Sequence record: SRR20825006_1852
DNA: 59,852 nt
Direction: 5' to 3' (one strand)
This document shows positions 9,241-18,928 of this stretch, piece after piece. The notes under the pieces are model-generated. The model was not told the DNA's origin, searched no databases, and worked only from the letters and a program-made list of their open reading frames with translations. Numbering within the stretch: position 1 is the stretch's first letter; every line of letters begins with the position of its first letter. The position numbers and the translations under genes are program-made.

Positions 9241-9954
9241 ATGAACGAAGAAAACGCCGCTGAAAATGAATCCAGCCAACCCAAGCCGCTGTCCGCTACC
9301 GCGAGGCGATGTTTGGGCGTGTTGGTCGAGAAGGCCAAGACGACGCCTGATGGCTATCCATTGTCATTGGCTGGTTTGATCACGGGTTGCAATCAAAAAT
9401 CAAATCGTTCACCTCAGATGCAGGTGGATGAGTCCGATGCCCTGTTGGCTCTAGACGAACTTCGAGCAGCCGGTGCCGCACGGGAGATTCAAGGCAGCGG
9501 ACGAGTAACGAAGTATCGCCACGCAGCCTACGAATGGTTGGGAGTGGATAGTCCCGGAGCCGCGATCGTCACCGAGTTGATGCTGCGTGGGCCGCAAACG
9601 GCTGGTGAACTGCGCACGCGTGCTTCGCGGATGCACAAGTTTCCCGATCTGGATTCACTCAAAACGGAATTGGATTCGTTGATCGAAAAGGGCTTGGTCG
9701 AATCATTGACGCCACCCGGTCGCGGCCAAACGTTTGCACATTGCTTGTACACGCCGCAAGAACGCTTGTATCTGGTTGATAAAATCAAAAAGCAGGATGC
9801 ATCCAGTGCGGCGCCCTCGCAAACGGATTCCGGATCGGCCTCCCCGGCAAAAGCGGCCAATGATGACCGCATCGACAAGATTCAAGATCGACTGGACAGC
9901 GTGACCGCGAAATTGGAGGCACTCGAGAAGCGGTTGGAATTTCTCGAGTCCTGA
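9241..9954 (+). CDS. DUF480 / YceH family protein
   Basis: RCLGVLVEKAKTTPDGYPLSL...CNQKSNRSP, RVTKYRH and LMLRGPQTAGELRTRASRM motifs plus a C-terminal coiled coil; start at ATG 9241. Confidence 0.85.
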   Translation: MNEENAAENESSQPKPLSATARRCLGVLVEKAKTTPDGYPLSLAGLITGCNQKSNRSPQMQVDESDALLALDELRAAGAAREIQGSGRVTKYRHAAYEWLGVDSPGAAIVTELMLRGPQTAGELRTRASRMHKFPDLDSLKTELDSLIEKGLVESLTPPGRGQTFAHCLYTPQERLYLVDKIKKQDASSAAPSQTDSGSASPAKAANDDRIDKIQDRLDSVTAKLEALEKRLEFLES

Positions 9955-9976
9955 CGCCTGTCTTTGCAGCTCGTCG

Positions 9977-10321
9977 CTAAGCAGCTCGACGCATTGGCTC
10001 GGTTTGAGCTGTGTCGGTCTGCGGTTGGGCGGCGGCAAACTGAGCTTCCATCTCGGCTGATGTGAGCGTGGCCACGCAGGCTCCGTCGGCGTCGTGAATC
10101 TTCAATTCGTGCTCTTCGGTGAACCAAATTGCCGATGCCGAGTCGGTTCGAAACCGTCGGCCCCGATAGAATCCGTCGCAGATAAAGACGGATTCGCTCC
10201 ATTCGACCTTAGTTTCGTCTGGTCGAATCTGGATGGTTTCCGGCGAATCTTCTTCAGGCTGAGCTTTCAGCCAAGCCTGGAAGCAGTGACGAGCTCGAGC
10301 CAATTTTTGCGATGGCGTCAT
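9977..10321 (-). CDS. Hypothetical protein
   Basis: MTPSQKLARARH...ESVFICDGFYRGRRF...AIWFTEEHELKI...PMRRAA; start placed at ATG 10321. Confidence 0.6.
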   Translation of the reverse strand: MTPSQKLARARHCFQAWLKAQPEEDSPETIQIRPDETKVEWSESVFICDGFYRGRRFRTDSASAIWFTEEHELKIHDADGACVATLTSAEMEAQFAAAQPQTDTAQTEPMRRAA

Positions 10322-10556
10322 GCGTCTGTTCGATCCACGATTGATAGGGCAAAATGGGTGGCCGACGAAGGTGACCCAATCCTTATCAATCGGATCGAAG
10401 CCCGTCCCGGCATCGAACATCCCAGTTCCCTCATCAGGGGTGACTCGATCGGGAAATTTGCTGCCAAGTCGCCGGTTTGCCCAATCGGAATCATTTAACA
10501 CCCGGCATGTCGCCCGTTCTTATCTTCACCGAATCTCGATTTCATTTTGATCCGCC

Positions 10557-11090
10557 ATGCGAACGCTGATTGACGAATCCCAGCTCGATGACGGCGTTTC
10601 CAAATTGGCGAAGGAGATCGATGCCACCTACGGCGATCGCCCAATCACGGTGGTCGCGGTGATGACGGGATCATTGGTGCTGTTTGCGGATTTGATTCGC
10701 CGGTTGTCGATGCCTCAGCGTGTTGGCGTGATTCATGCATCGAGTTATCGCGGTGGAACTCAAGCGGGCAAATTGGAAATTGATTCCAAGATGCTGATCG
10801 ATGTGCAAAACCGTGACGTGTTGTTGGTTGACGACATTTATGACACCGGCGCCACCCTCACCAAGCTCAGCGGAGCGATCGCGGACATGGGGGCATCAAG
10901 CGTGTCGACGGCGGTGTTGTTGCGGAAGTTGCGTCCGGAGCAGATTGGTCCGAAGCCAGACTTCGTTGCGTTTGAGATTCCGGACGAGTTTGTCGTTGGC
11001 TACGGACTGGACTACCTCGACATGTATCGCAACTTGCCATTCATCGGGGTGTTGGAACCCGATGAGATTGAAGCGACGGCTCGCCAGTGA
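10557..11090 (+). CDS. hpt: Hypoxanthine(-guanine) phosphoribosyltransferase
   Basis: ASSY loop, PRPP-binding VLLVDDIYDTGATL and FVVGYGLDY...YRNLPFI motifs. Confidence 0.92.
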   Translation: MRTLIDESQLDDGVSKLAKEIDATYGDRPITVVAVMTGSLVLFADLIRRLSMPQRVGVIHASSYRGGTQAGKLEIDSKMLIDVQNRDVLLVDDIYDTGATLTKLSGAIADMGASSVSTAVLLRKLRPEQIGPKPDFVAFEIPDEFVVGYGLDYLDMYRNLPFIGVLEPDEIEATARQ

Positions 11091-12340
11091 GTGCGTCTCG
11101 GGTGATGTTCGTCGCTCGGCATTTTTGGCCGCATTGTTCGGGGCGACACGAATCTGCCGCGGCAACGTTTGAATTGACCCAGCGATTAGCGAACTGGGGC
11201 ATGCGGGTGGAAGTCGTGACACCTCGGCATGGCAACACATGGCCGACCGAAATCATGCTGGGCGATGTAAAAGTCCATCGCGTTGCGTCGGCTCCGCGTG
11301 GTGATTGGTCGACGCAACGTTACGTTCGACATCTGAGCCATTGGTTGGTCGAACGAATGCCAACTTTGGATGCGATCGTTTGCGACCAACTGCGAGAAGA
11401 ATCGCGAGCTGTGTCGATGGCGATTGAATCAGGGGCCGCCGATACCCACGGTGATCACCAAACGGTAGGCGTTGCCATGTGTGGTGGTTGGGGAGACGAT
11501 TCTGATCAAACGTGGTGCCAAAACACACGAAGCGGTAAACGCATTCTGCAGTCGTGCGGCGGACTGGATTCCGTGATTACCGAGAACGCCAAAACGGATC
11601 GATATTTGGTGTCGCACGGGGTTCTCGCAGAGAAACTTCGCCGGCGACCGATCGGGTTTCCTCGTCCCGCTGTGGTGACGGAACAACAGCGAAACGATGC
11701 GCGACTCAGTTTGCGTGGTATCAATCTCGATCTGACGACTGACCTGGAATCTCGCGTGCTGTTGTGGTGTGGCCCGATGTCAGGCCCGGCATCCTCCGAA
11801 AGCGGCGTGGGTGCGTTGGTTCAAAGTGCACGGTTCCTCGCCGCTCGAGATCAGGATTTGCGAATTTGGATCCTCGGTGATGGAAAAATTCGCGACTGGG
11901 TGCACACCGAGCTGAAAGCCGAAGGTGTTCGCGGTGTCGTCGCCATTCCTGGTTCGTTTTCGGATATGACCGAAGTTTGGCATTCGGTCGATGCGGTCGT
12001 CCAGAACGAAGACTCGCAGTTGCGATCCACCTTTCCGTCTGCTCTGGCTGCGGGGATTCCGATCATCATCGCGGATCGTCCGGCGGCGCGAGACTATTTG
12101 CAAACACACTTTGATCCGTCCATTTTGGATTCGTTGGCTTGGTATGACCCCGCCAAGCCGAGTACGCTTCGCAAAGCCTTTCGTTCCGTTTGGGGCGATT
12201 TAGAAATGGCCAAGCAACATGCATTCGAATTGGCACGAGATCTTTCGCGTCGTCATCCCTTGGAGCAAGAACTGGCTTTTTGGCAATCCATTTTGCGTCC
12301 CAGTCCCAACCAAAACCTGCCCAGCCCGAAAGCCTCATGA
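11087..12340 (+). CDS. GT-B fold glycosyltransferase family 4-like protein (divergent)
   Basis: GT4-like N-terminus (RVMFVARHFWP, VEVVT), WILGDG and ALAAGIPII motifs; overlaps hpt and the next gene by 4 bp each. Confidence 0.7.
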   Translation: MSASRVMFVARHFWPHCSGRHESAAATFELTQRLANWGMRVEVVTPRHGNTWPTEIMLGDVKVHRVASAPRGDWSTQRYVRHLSHWLVERMPTLDAIVCDQLREESRAVSMAIESGAADTHGDHQTVGVAMCGGWGDDSDQTWCQNTRSGKRILQSCGGLDSVITENAKTDRYLVSHGVLAEKLRRRPIGFPRPAVVTEQQRNDARLSLRGINLDLTTDLESRVLLWCGPMSGPASSESGVGALVQSARFLAARDQDLRIWILGDGKIRDWVHTELKAEGVRGVVAIPGSFSDMTEVWHSVDAVVQNEDSQLRSTFPSALAAGIPIIIADRPAARDYLQTHFDPSILDSLAWYDPAKPSTLRKAFRSVWGDLEMAKQHAFELARDLSRRHPLEQELAFWQSILRPSPNQNLPSPKAS

Positions 12341-13461
12341 AGATTGCTTTGGTCATTCCCACCATGGATCGTGGTGGTGCTGAAAAACAGGTGGTGTTGC
12401 TCGCCAAAGGTTTGCACGAGTTGGGGCATGATGTCCGTGTGTTCTTGCTGACGCGAGATGGGCATCGAAGTGAGGAGTTGCGTGCCGCGGGCGTTCCTGT
12501 GGTTTTAATTGGCAAACGTTTCAAAATGGATCCGACGGCACTGTTTCGTTTGAAGAAGCAGCTCGTCGATTTCGCACCGGATATCGTGCACACGTGGTTG
12601 TTCGCTGCGAACAGCTTTGGCCGAGTGGCAGCGAAATGGGCGGGTGTTCCCGTCATTATCGCCAGCGAACGATGCGTTGATCCTTGGAAAACCGGTTGGC
12701 ATTTTCTGATCGATCGGCGTCTTCAAAAGATCTCACAAGCGATCACAACGAACAGCTCCGGAGTCCAGGACTTCTACGCGGCCAATGGTTTGGATCCGGC
12801 ACAGTTTGTGGTCATTCCAAACGGCGTTGAATCAATTGATTCAACGAAAACTCAAGCGATTGACCGTGAAGAAGCCTTCCGTCGGCTGGAGGTCCCATCC
12901 GAGCGGCGATTGATTGTTGCTGTTGGTCGGTTGTGGCCTCAAAAACGTGTCCGCGATTTGATCTGGGCCGGCGAATTGCTCGCGACTGCTCGCGGCGACA
13001 CGACGTTGGTTGTCATCGGTGATGGGCCGCAGCGAGACGAGTTGCTTCGCCATCGTGATTCGGTCTCAGCGCCCCTGCACGTTCGATTTGCAGGACAACG
13101 AGAAGACGTTGGCGAGTTGCTTCCTCATGCGGATCAATTTTGGATCGCCAGTGAATATGAAGGGCAAAGCAACGCGGTGATCGAAGCGATGTTGGCGGGT
13201 GTGCCCGTGATCGCCTCCAACATTCCGGGCAATCGAGATCTGGTGATCGACAAAGAAACCGGTTGGTTGTTCGACGTCGGTGACGAAGCCGATTTGGTTC
13301 GTTTGAGTCTGGCAGCATTCAACGATCCCGACGGTTCGCAGCGTATCGCGGAACAAGCACGGCAACATATCGTTGACGAGTTCTCTCTGGACGCAATGAT
13401 CCGGCGACACGTCTTGCTCTACGAGAAACTCTTGGTTGAACACGATCAGACGAGAAGCTAA
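12337..13461 (+). CDS. Glycosyltransferase family 4
   Basis: MKIALVIPTMDRGGAEKQ, PDIVHTW, VIPNGV, VGRLWPQKR and SEYEGQSNAVIEAMLAGVPVIAS (EX7E) motifs; ATGA overlap with the upstream stop. Confidence 0.92.
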   Translation: MKIALVIPTMDRGGAEKQVVLLAKGLHELGHDVRVFLLTRDGHRSEELRAAGVPVVLIGKRFKMDPTALFRLKKQLVDFAPDIVHTWLFAANSFGRVAAKWAGVPVIIASERCVDPWKTGWHFLIDRRLQKISQAITTNSSGVQDFYAANGLDPAQFVVIPNGVESIDSTKTQAIDREEAFRRLEVPSERRLIVAVGRLWPQKRVRDLIWAGELLATARGDTTLVVIGDGPQRDELLRHRDSVSAPLHVRFAGQREDVGELLPHADQFWIASEYEGQSNAVIEAMLAGVPVIASNIPGNRDLVIDKETGWLFDVGDEADLVRLSLAAFNDPDGSQRIAEQARQHIVDEFSLDAMIRRHVLLYEKLLVEHDQTRS

Positions 13462-13501
13462 ATACGGACGACCTTTCATTGATGCTCGCGACGATCTTCG
13501 G

Positions 13502-15136
13502 CTACTCCGCCAGTTCATCCTCGTTGATTGCTTTGCCACTTGGATCATTGAAAATTTCTGCTGTCCCAGAAGCAACGTTTGCGATTGGTTTCCAACGCCG
13601 CGACGTCGACGGTTGCACGTCGCTGTCGAAGTAAGGTTCGCCTCGACTGGCATGGCGGTAGTGAGATCGAATCTCCGCAGGTGTCAACGCAAAGTCATAG
13701 AAAGCGACTTCATCCAAGATTCCGTCGAAGCCTTCGGAAGCCTGCCATTTGCTGTTGCCGATGCTTGCCGGTTCCGATCCTCCGCTGAGAATCAAGGTTC
13801 CGACTGGGAACTGAGTTTCAAAGCACAAGCGACCGTCGATGTAGAGACGTTTTCGCCCTGAAAAGCTGTCATAAGTTGCTACCACGTGATGGGCGTTGCC
13901 ATCGGTGATCGTCGACAGATGAGGCCGATTGTTCCTGCCGTCCAGCGGAACATCAAGCTCGCTGTAGCCGAATCCTGCCAGGTGCAATCCAAACGACAGG
14001 CAGGGTCCGGCGGCAACGGTTGGAACCGCATATTTGCCGACGTTGTTGTCGTTCTGAAAGCTCAGCAGGAATCGGTAATCGCCGTCTTCTTTGCGCATCA
14101 ATTCGTCGTAATCAAATGCATCACCGCTCCAGCGTGAGATGAATATCAGCTCTATGGACATCCCAGTGCTGCAGGCCATTTCGCCGGTTCCCACGGCATC
14201 GCCCATGCCTTCATCAAAGGTAATGATCGCGTTGTCGGAGTTGTCGAAGTTGACGGCACCTTCACCTACAATTCCGCGTGTCGGGGTTGCCGCCGAACCA
14301 TACACCACGGCGGTCGACCTGTCGGATTTGTCTGGGCTGTCAAAATTCAAGTAGTACAAAGGGGACCGAATGCGAGCTTCGACGGCGACGGGGGCCTGAT
14401 CCGCTCGCACGGCGATGTTTTCTTTGTCCAGGACGCGGACTTTGTAACCTGTTCCAAGCACCCTTAAGTTCGATGTCGCAACTGAGATTGGCGAACTCTC
14501 ATCAGTTGATTTCGCGAGAACGGAACCCATGTAAAGCACACCGCCGTTTGCCGAATTAATTCCAAAGATCGAGTTTTGGAAAACCTGCAGGTTGGTTCCG
14601 TTAGGTGATTGAAACTCGATCGTTTCATCGGCCACATTGAGTGTGTGCGGGCCGATTGCGTTGCGATCCGTTCCAATGGTTCCGATCGATTCGATTGGTG
14701 GTTTGCGTTGGTCATAGCGATAGGCAACCTGACGGGTTTGCCATTGCGGTGAGCTCGCTGGTATGTCTGCAGTCTTCGGTTTTGATTCGTGCCGGGAGTA
14801 GAACGCGATGACCGCAATGATCGATGCTGCCATTGCCGTTACAGCGATCTTTCGCCAAGTGAAAGATCGGGACGCTGGAACATTCGGACGAACATCGTTT
14901 GCGGACATTTGGTCCGGTTGCAACACGGGCGAGTCGGTGGGGATCGCAGGGTTGGTTGAGGCAAGTTGTCCATGAACCAACATGTACCGAAGGTAGGTTC
15001 GTTGCGCATCCGAGTTTTGAATCAGGATCGATTCCAATTCCGCCATTTCGGCCTCATTTGCCGTGCAATCGATCTGCTTGTCAGCGAGGTCAAGAATTCG
15101 CTGGCGATTCGGAGGTGATGAGTTTGTGGATGACAT
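13502..15136 (-). CDS. Putative anti-sigma factor: N-terminal cytoplasmic domain, TM helix, FecR-like region and LamG-like jellyroll domain
   Basis: N-terminal ELESIL...AQRTYLRYMLVHGQL; TM segment IAVTAMAASIIAVIAF; LamG motifs HHVVATYD, RLYIDG and FDGILDEVAFYDFALTPAEI; lies directly downstream of the ECF sigma gene. Confidence 0.75.
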   Translation of the reverse strand: MSSTNSSPPNRQRILDLADKQIDCTANEAEMAELESILIQNSDAQRTYLRYMLVHGQLASTNPAIPTDSPVLQPDQMSANDVRPNVPASRSFTWRKIAVTAMAASIIAVIAFYSRHESKPKTADIPASSPQWQTRQVAYRYDQRKPPIESIGTIGTDRNAIGPHTLNVADETIEFQSPNGTNLQVFQNSIFGINSANGGVLYMGSVLAKSTDESSPISVATSNLRVLGTGYKVRVLDKENIAVRADQAPVAVEARIRSPLYYLNFDSPDKSDRSTAVVYGSAATPTRGIVGEGAVNFDNSDNAIITFDEGMGDAVGTGEMACSTGMSIELIFISRWSGDAFDYDELMRKEDGDYRFLLSFQNDNNVGKYAVPTVAAGPCLSFGLHLAGFGYSELDVPLDGRNNRPHLSTITDGNAHHVVATYDSFSGRKRLYIDGRLCFETQFPVGTLILSGGSEPASIGNSKWQASEGFDGILDEVAFYDFALTPAEIRSHYRHASRGEPYFDSDVQPSTSRRWKPIANVASGTAEIFNDPSGKAINEDELAE

Positions 15137-15163
15137 GGTGAAAAGACTTCAGTTTGGATGCGC

Positions 15164-15700
15164 TCAGGCGGTTTCATTGCCGAGTTTGGATTCGACGCAC
15201 TCGAAGAGCGTTCGTCGCATGACCTTCAGTGCTTTGTAAATCGCGTGCACAGAACGATTCCAATGTTCCGCGATGATCGCCGCCGACTGCTTCTTTCCGT
15301 AGAACAGATGGATCAATTCTCGTTGGCGAATGGCCAGCTTTTTGACGCACTCATTCATTGCCTCTTGTCGGTCGCTCATCTCTCCGCCCATCTCAAGGGC
15401 GGTGGCTGTGATTTCATGCAGCAACGCGTCGCTGAAAACCAACCGGTCGCGATCGCGAGTTCGCCAGTGTTTGAGGATTTGGTTTCGTGTGACGCCCAGT
15501 GCCCAAGCAACAAATTCGCCGTCCCTTTGAAAGGTAGAAAAGCTTCGCCAAAGTTCCAGGCAGGTTTCTTGATACACATCATCGACCGCATGAGGCTGGA
15601 CGACGATCGACCGGATGTAAGACAGAATCCGAAACTGGTCGCGCGTAAAGAGCCGCAAGAACGTCTCGTAATCGTCGGAGGTTGTTGTGGGTTCGCTCAT
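15164..15700 (-). CDS. ECF-type RNA polymerase sigma-70 factor (planctomycete/verrucomicrobial type)
   Basis: Region 2 (VDDVYQETCLELW, FVAWALGVTRN) and region 4 (CVKKLAIRQRELIHLFY...AIYKALKVMRRTLFECV); start placed at ATG 15700. Confidence 0.9.
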   Translation of the reverse strand: MSEPTTTSDDYETFLRLFTRDQFRILSYIRSIVVQPHAVDDVYQETCLELWRSFSTFQRDGEFVAWALGVTRNQILKHWRTRDRDRLVFSDALLHEITATALEMGGEMSDRQEAMNECVKKLAIRQRELIHLFYGKKQSAAIIAEHWNRSVHAIYKALKVMRRTLFECVESKLGNETA

Positions 15701-15831
15701 TCTGGTTTGGAATGCTTCGATTGCCTTACAGAGATTGCGAATGACGCTACGAAAGCCGACTCGCGTATTGGGAAGTTGCAAAGCGGATTCTAATGGGCTG
15801 CTATGATTCAGGTGGCGCGCTGCGAAACGAT

Positions 15832-15872
15832 TTAGTACCGCTCATCAAATTGTTTTTGAGTTTCGGTACTAA
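15832..15872. promoter_or_regulatory. Inverted repeat in the divergent ECF sigma / DUF1553 promoter region
   Basis: TTAGTACCG (15832-15840) and CGGTACTAA (15864-15872) form a perfect 9-bp inverted repeat, with an inner CTCA/TGAG pair. Confidence 0.45.
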
Positions 15873-15914
15873 TTTCAGTGTCACCGGGACACCTGTTCGA
15901 TAGCAGAGGGACGT

Positions 15915-18900
15915 GTGCGAAGGTTTGATCTTCAATGTGTGAGGTTCGGGTCGGTGGATTCAATGATCAAAGAATGGGTTGCCGCTTTGACAGCGTCGCT
16001 GGCATGCGTTTCTGCATGTGCTGGTGATGAAGCGTTGAACGCGGAGTCGCATTTTCGCGATCGCGTCGCCACCATTTTTTCTCAGCGTTGCCTGTCTTGT
16101 CACGGAAGCGAGGCGCCCGAAGGTGATTTTTCATTGCATGATGCCTCGTCCTTTTTCGCGGGAGGGCATGTTGAATCCGGTGATGCGGACTCCAGTCATT
16201 TGATGGATTTGATCACACCGAAGGATGGCCAAGCTGAAATGCCGCAGGATGCAGATCCGCTCAGCCCAGCGGATTTGAATGTGATACGGCAATGGATCGA
16301 TGAAGGAGCAATTTGGCCTGCGGACGTTGTCCTGCAAGAGGCATCGGTCAACGACTTTGGTTGGTGGTCGTACCAGCCGATGGTTCAGCCTGAAGTGCCA
16401 ATCGTTTCGGATCCATGGGCAACTTCGCCGATCGATCGATTCATTTTAAGGAAATTGAATGAGGAAGGATTGAAACCCAATCCGCCGACGGATCGTCGTG
16501 AGTTAATCCGTCGCCTGACGTTCGACTTGATTGGTTTGCCACCGACGCCGGAAGAGGTCGCCGACTTTGTCTCGGACCAAGATCCGTTGGCTTACGAAAA
16601 ATTGGTCGATCGTCTTCTGGATTCGAAACACTACGGCGAACGATGGGCTCGGCATTGGCTCGACGTTGTCAAGTACGCTGACTCCAATGGCTACGACAAA
16701 GACAAACTGCGGCCGAATGCGTGGCCCTATCGAGACTATGTCATTCGGTCGCTCAACCAGGACAAGCCCTACGCTCGGTTCGTACGCGAGCAGATCGCTG
16801 GTGACGTCTTGTATCCGGGGGATCCGGACGGGATCGCCGCATTGGGGTTCATCGCTGCAGGTCCGTGGGACTTTATCGGACACGTCGAAGTCTCGGAGTC
16901 GAAGCAGGATGGCAAGGTGGCACGCAACCTGGACCGAGACGACATGGTGTCGGGAGCACTGAACACCTTCTGCAGCGTTACCGTTCAGTGTGCCCGTTGC
17001 CACAACCATAAGTTCGATCCCATCACGCAGGAGCAATACTATGGTTTGCAGGCTGTGTTTTCCGCTCTCGATCGCGCAGATCGTTCCTTCGACATTCAGC
17101 CCGAGACCGCAGAGCAAAGAGAAATCCTGAACGCGCGTCTCGGGCAACTGATTACGCAGCGAAATGAGTTGGAGCAACGCATCCAATCAGCTGGTGGGGC
17201 TGAATTGACCGACCTGATGGAGCAGATCGAAAGTCTTCGCTCAAAGTCCGAGGCCGTTTCGTATCCGGAATACGGGTATCACAGCGAGCTTGCATTGACA
17301 CCGGATTCTGAAAAATGGGTGGAAGTCCAACTCGATGCGGAGGTGTCCGCGTCGCGAATCATTTTGCGGACTTGCAATGACAACTACAACAACATCGGGG
17401 CTGGGTTTGGATTTCCACTGCGGTTCAAAATTGAATCCGCTGACGACGCGGGAGTCTGGACGACGATCGCGGACAAAACGGGTGCCGACTTTCCTAATCC
17501 GCAGCATGACGCGGTGGAATTTGCCTTGTCCGGTCAACGCGTCCGTCGGGTTCGAGTCACCGCGACACGATTGGCCGAACGCAAAGCGGACTACATATTC
17601 GCGTTGGCTGAATTGCAAATCATGGTTGGCGACGATCATGTTGGCGTCGGAGCCAAAGTGATTGCCAAAGATTCGATCGAAGCTCCGGTGCGCTGGCAGC
17701 GACAGAACTTGACGGACAACAAGTGGCCTGAAGAGAACGAAGCCGAAACGTTGCAATCATTGGCGGAGGCAGAGCAACGTCGCAAGGAGATTCTGTGCGC
17801 GGTGACCACGCCAGAAATTTCGCGGCAGTTGAAAGACATCAGCACAGAAGAAACGGTTGTTCGGCAGAAGCTGGATGGGCTGCCACCACAGCAGGTTGTG
17901 TACGCGGCGGCGACCGATTTTACGCCCCAGGGAAACTTCAAACCGACCGGCGGCATCCCCCGGGAAGTGTTCGTTCTGCATCGGGGGGAAGTTTCGCTGC
18001 CTGGCGAGAAAGCCGTTCCAGGCGTGATTCCACTAGCGAATTCGGATCGATGGCAATTCGATTCTGAACTGGATGAATCGCAGCGACGAGTCCAGCTTGC
18101 CGAGTGGCTGACCGATCGGCAGCATCCACTTGTTTGGCGTTCAATTGTCAATCGAATCTGGCAATATCATTTTGGCGAGGGAATCGTCGCGACGCCCAAC
18201 GACTTTGGCCGTATGGGAGCCGAACCAACGCATCCAAAGCTTCTCGATTGGTTGGCCGTCGAATTTCGCGATGGGGGACAATCGTGGAAACGTCTTCATC
18301 GCTTGATAGTGACCAGCAATACCTACAAGCAATCTTCCGCGACGCATCAGAAGCATTCTGCCATCGATGGAGGCAATCGGTTTTTGTGGCGTGCGAATCG
18401 TCGCCGGCTATCTGCCGAAGAAATTCGCGATTCCGTTTTGGCCGTTAGCGGCGTGTTGGATCATCGGATGGGAGGTCCGGGTTATTATCTCTTTGAATTG
18501 GAGAAAACAGCCCATTCGCCTCATTTTCAATATCACAAGTTCGATCCGGCCAAGAAGGAATCGCATCGCCGGAGTGTCTATCGCTTCATCGCTCGGTCTC
18601 AGCCCAATCCATTCTTAACGACACTTGATTGCGCTGACTCGTCTCAGAGCACGCCTCGTCGCAACGAGACGTTGACATCGTTGCAGGCCCTGTCGCTGAT
18701 GAACAATAAGTTCAGCCTTGCAATGGCGAAGGAGTTCGCGAAGCGATTGATTTCCGAGCGGCCAGACTTGCCGGCCCAGGTTGAGTTGGCCTTTGAGTTG
18801 CTGGTGCAAAGAAAACCATCCGATGCCGAGGCAAGCGAGTTGATGGCTTATGCCCAAGATTACGGGCTTGAGAACATGTGTCGCATCTTATTCAACCTCA

Positions 18901-18923
18901 GTGAATTCGTATTTGTGGACTAA
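15915..18923 (+). CDS. Planctomycete cytochrome c domain / DUF1549 / DUF1553 protein
   Basis: CLSCH and CARCH heme-binding-type motifs; LIRRLTFDLIGLPPT, YGERWARHWLDV, NAWPYRDYV, VNRIWQYHFGEGIV..PNDFG and QALSLMN motifs; internal discoidin-like insert. Confidence 0.92.
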   Translation: MRRFDLQCVRFGSVDSMIKEWVAALTASLACVSACAGDEALNAESHFRDRVATIFSQRCLSCHGSEAPEGDFSLHDASSFFAGGHVESGDADSSHLMDLITPKDGQAEMPQDADPLSPADLNVIRQWIDEGAIWPADVVLQEASVNDFGWWSYQPMVQPEVPIVSDPWATSPIDRFILRKLNEEGLKPNPPTDRRELIRRLTFDLIGLPPTPEEVADFVSDQDPLAYEKLVDRLLDSKHYGERWARHWLDVVKYADSNGYDKDKLRPNAWPYRDYVIRSLNQDKPYARFVREQIAGDVLYPGDPDGIAALGFIAAGPWDFIGHVEVSESKQDGKVARNLDRDDMVSGALNTFCSVTVQCARCHNHKFDPITQEQYYGLQAVFSALDRADRSFDIQPETAEQREILNARLGQLITQRNELEQRIQSAGGAELTDLMEQIESLRSKSEAVSYPEYGYHSELALTPDSEKWVEVQLDAEVSASRIILRTCNDNYNNIGAGFGFPLRFKIESADDAGVWTTIADKTGADFPNPQHDAVEFALSGQRVRRVRVTATRLAERKADYIFALAELQIMVGDDHVGVGAKVIAKDSIEAPVRWQRQNLTDNKWPEENEAETLQSLAEAEQRRKEILCAVTTPEISRQLKDISTEETVVRQKLDGLPPQQVVYAAATDFTPQGNFKPTGGIPREVFVLHRGEVSLPGEKAVPGVIPLANSDRWQFDSELDESQRRVQLAEWLTDRQHPLVWRSIVNRIWQYHFGEGIVATPNDFGRMGAEPTHPKLLDWLAVEFRDGGQSWKRLHRLIVTSNTYKQSSATHQKHSAIDGGNRFLWRANRRRLSAEEIRDSVLAVSGVLDHRMGGPGYYLFELEKTAHSPHFQYHKFDPAKKESHRRSVYRFIARSQPNPFLTTLDCADSSQSTPRRNETLTSLQALSLMNNKFSLAMAKEFAKRLISERPDLPAQVELAFELLVQRKPSDAEASELMAYAQDYGLENMCRILFNLSEFVFVD

Positions 18924-18928
18924 ACCCG

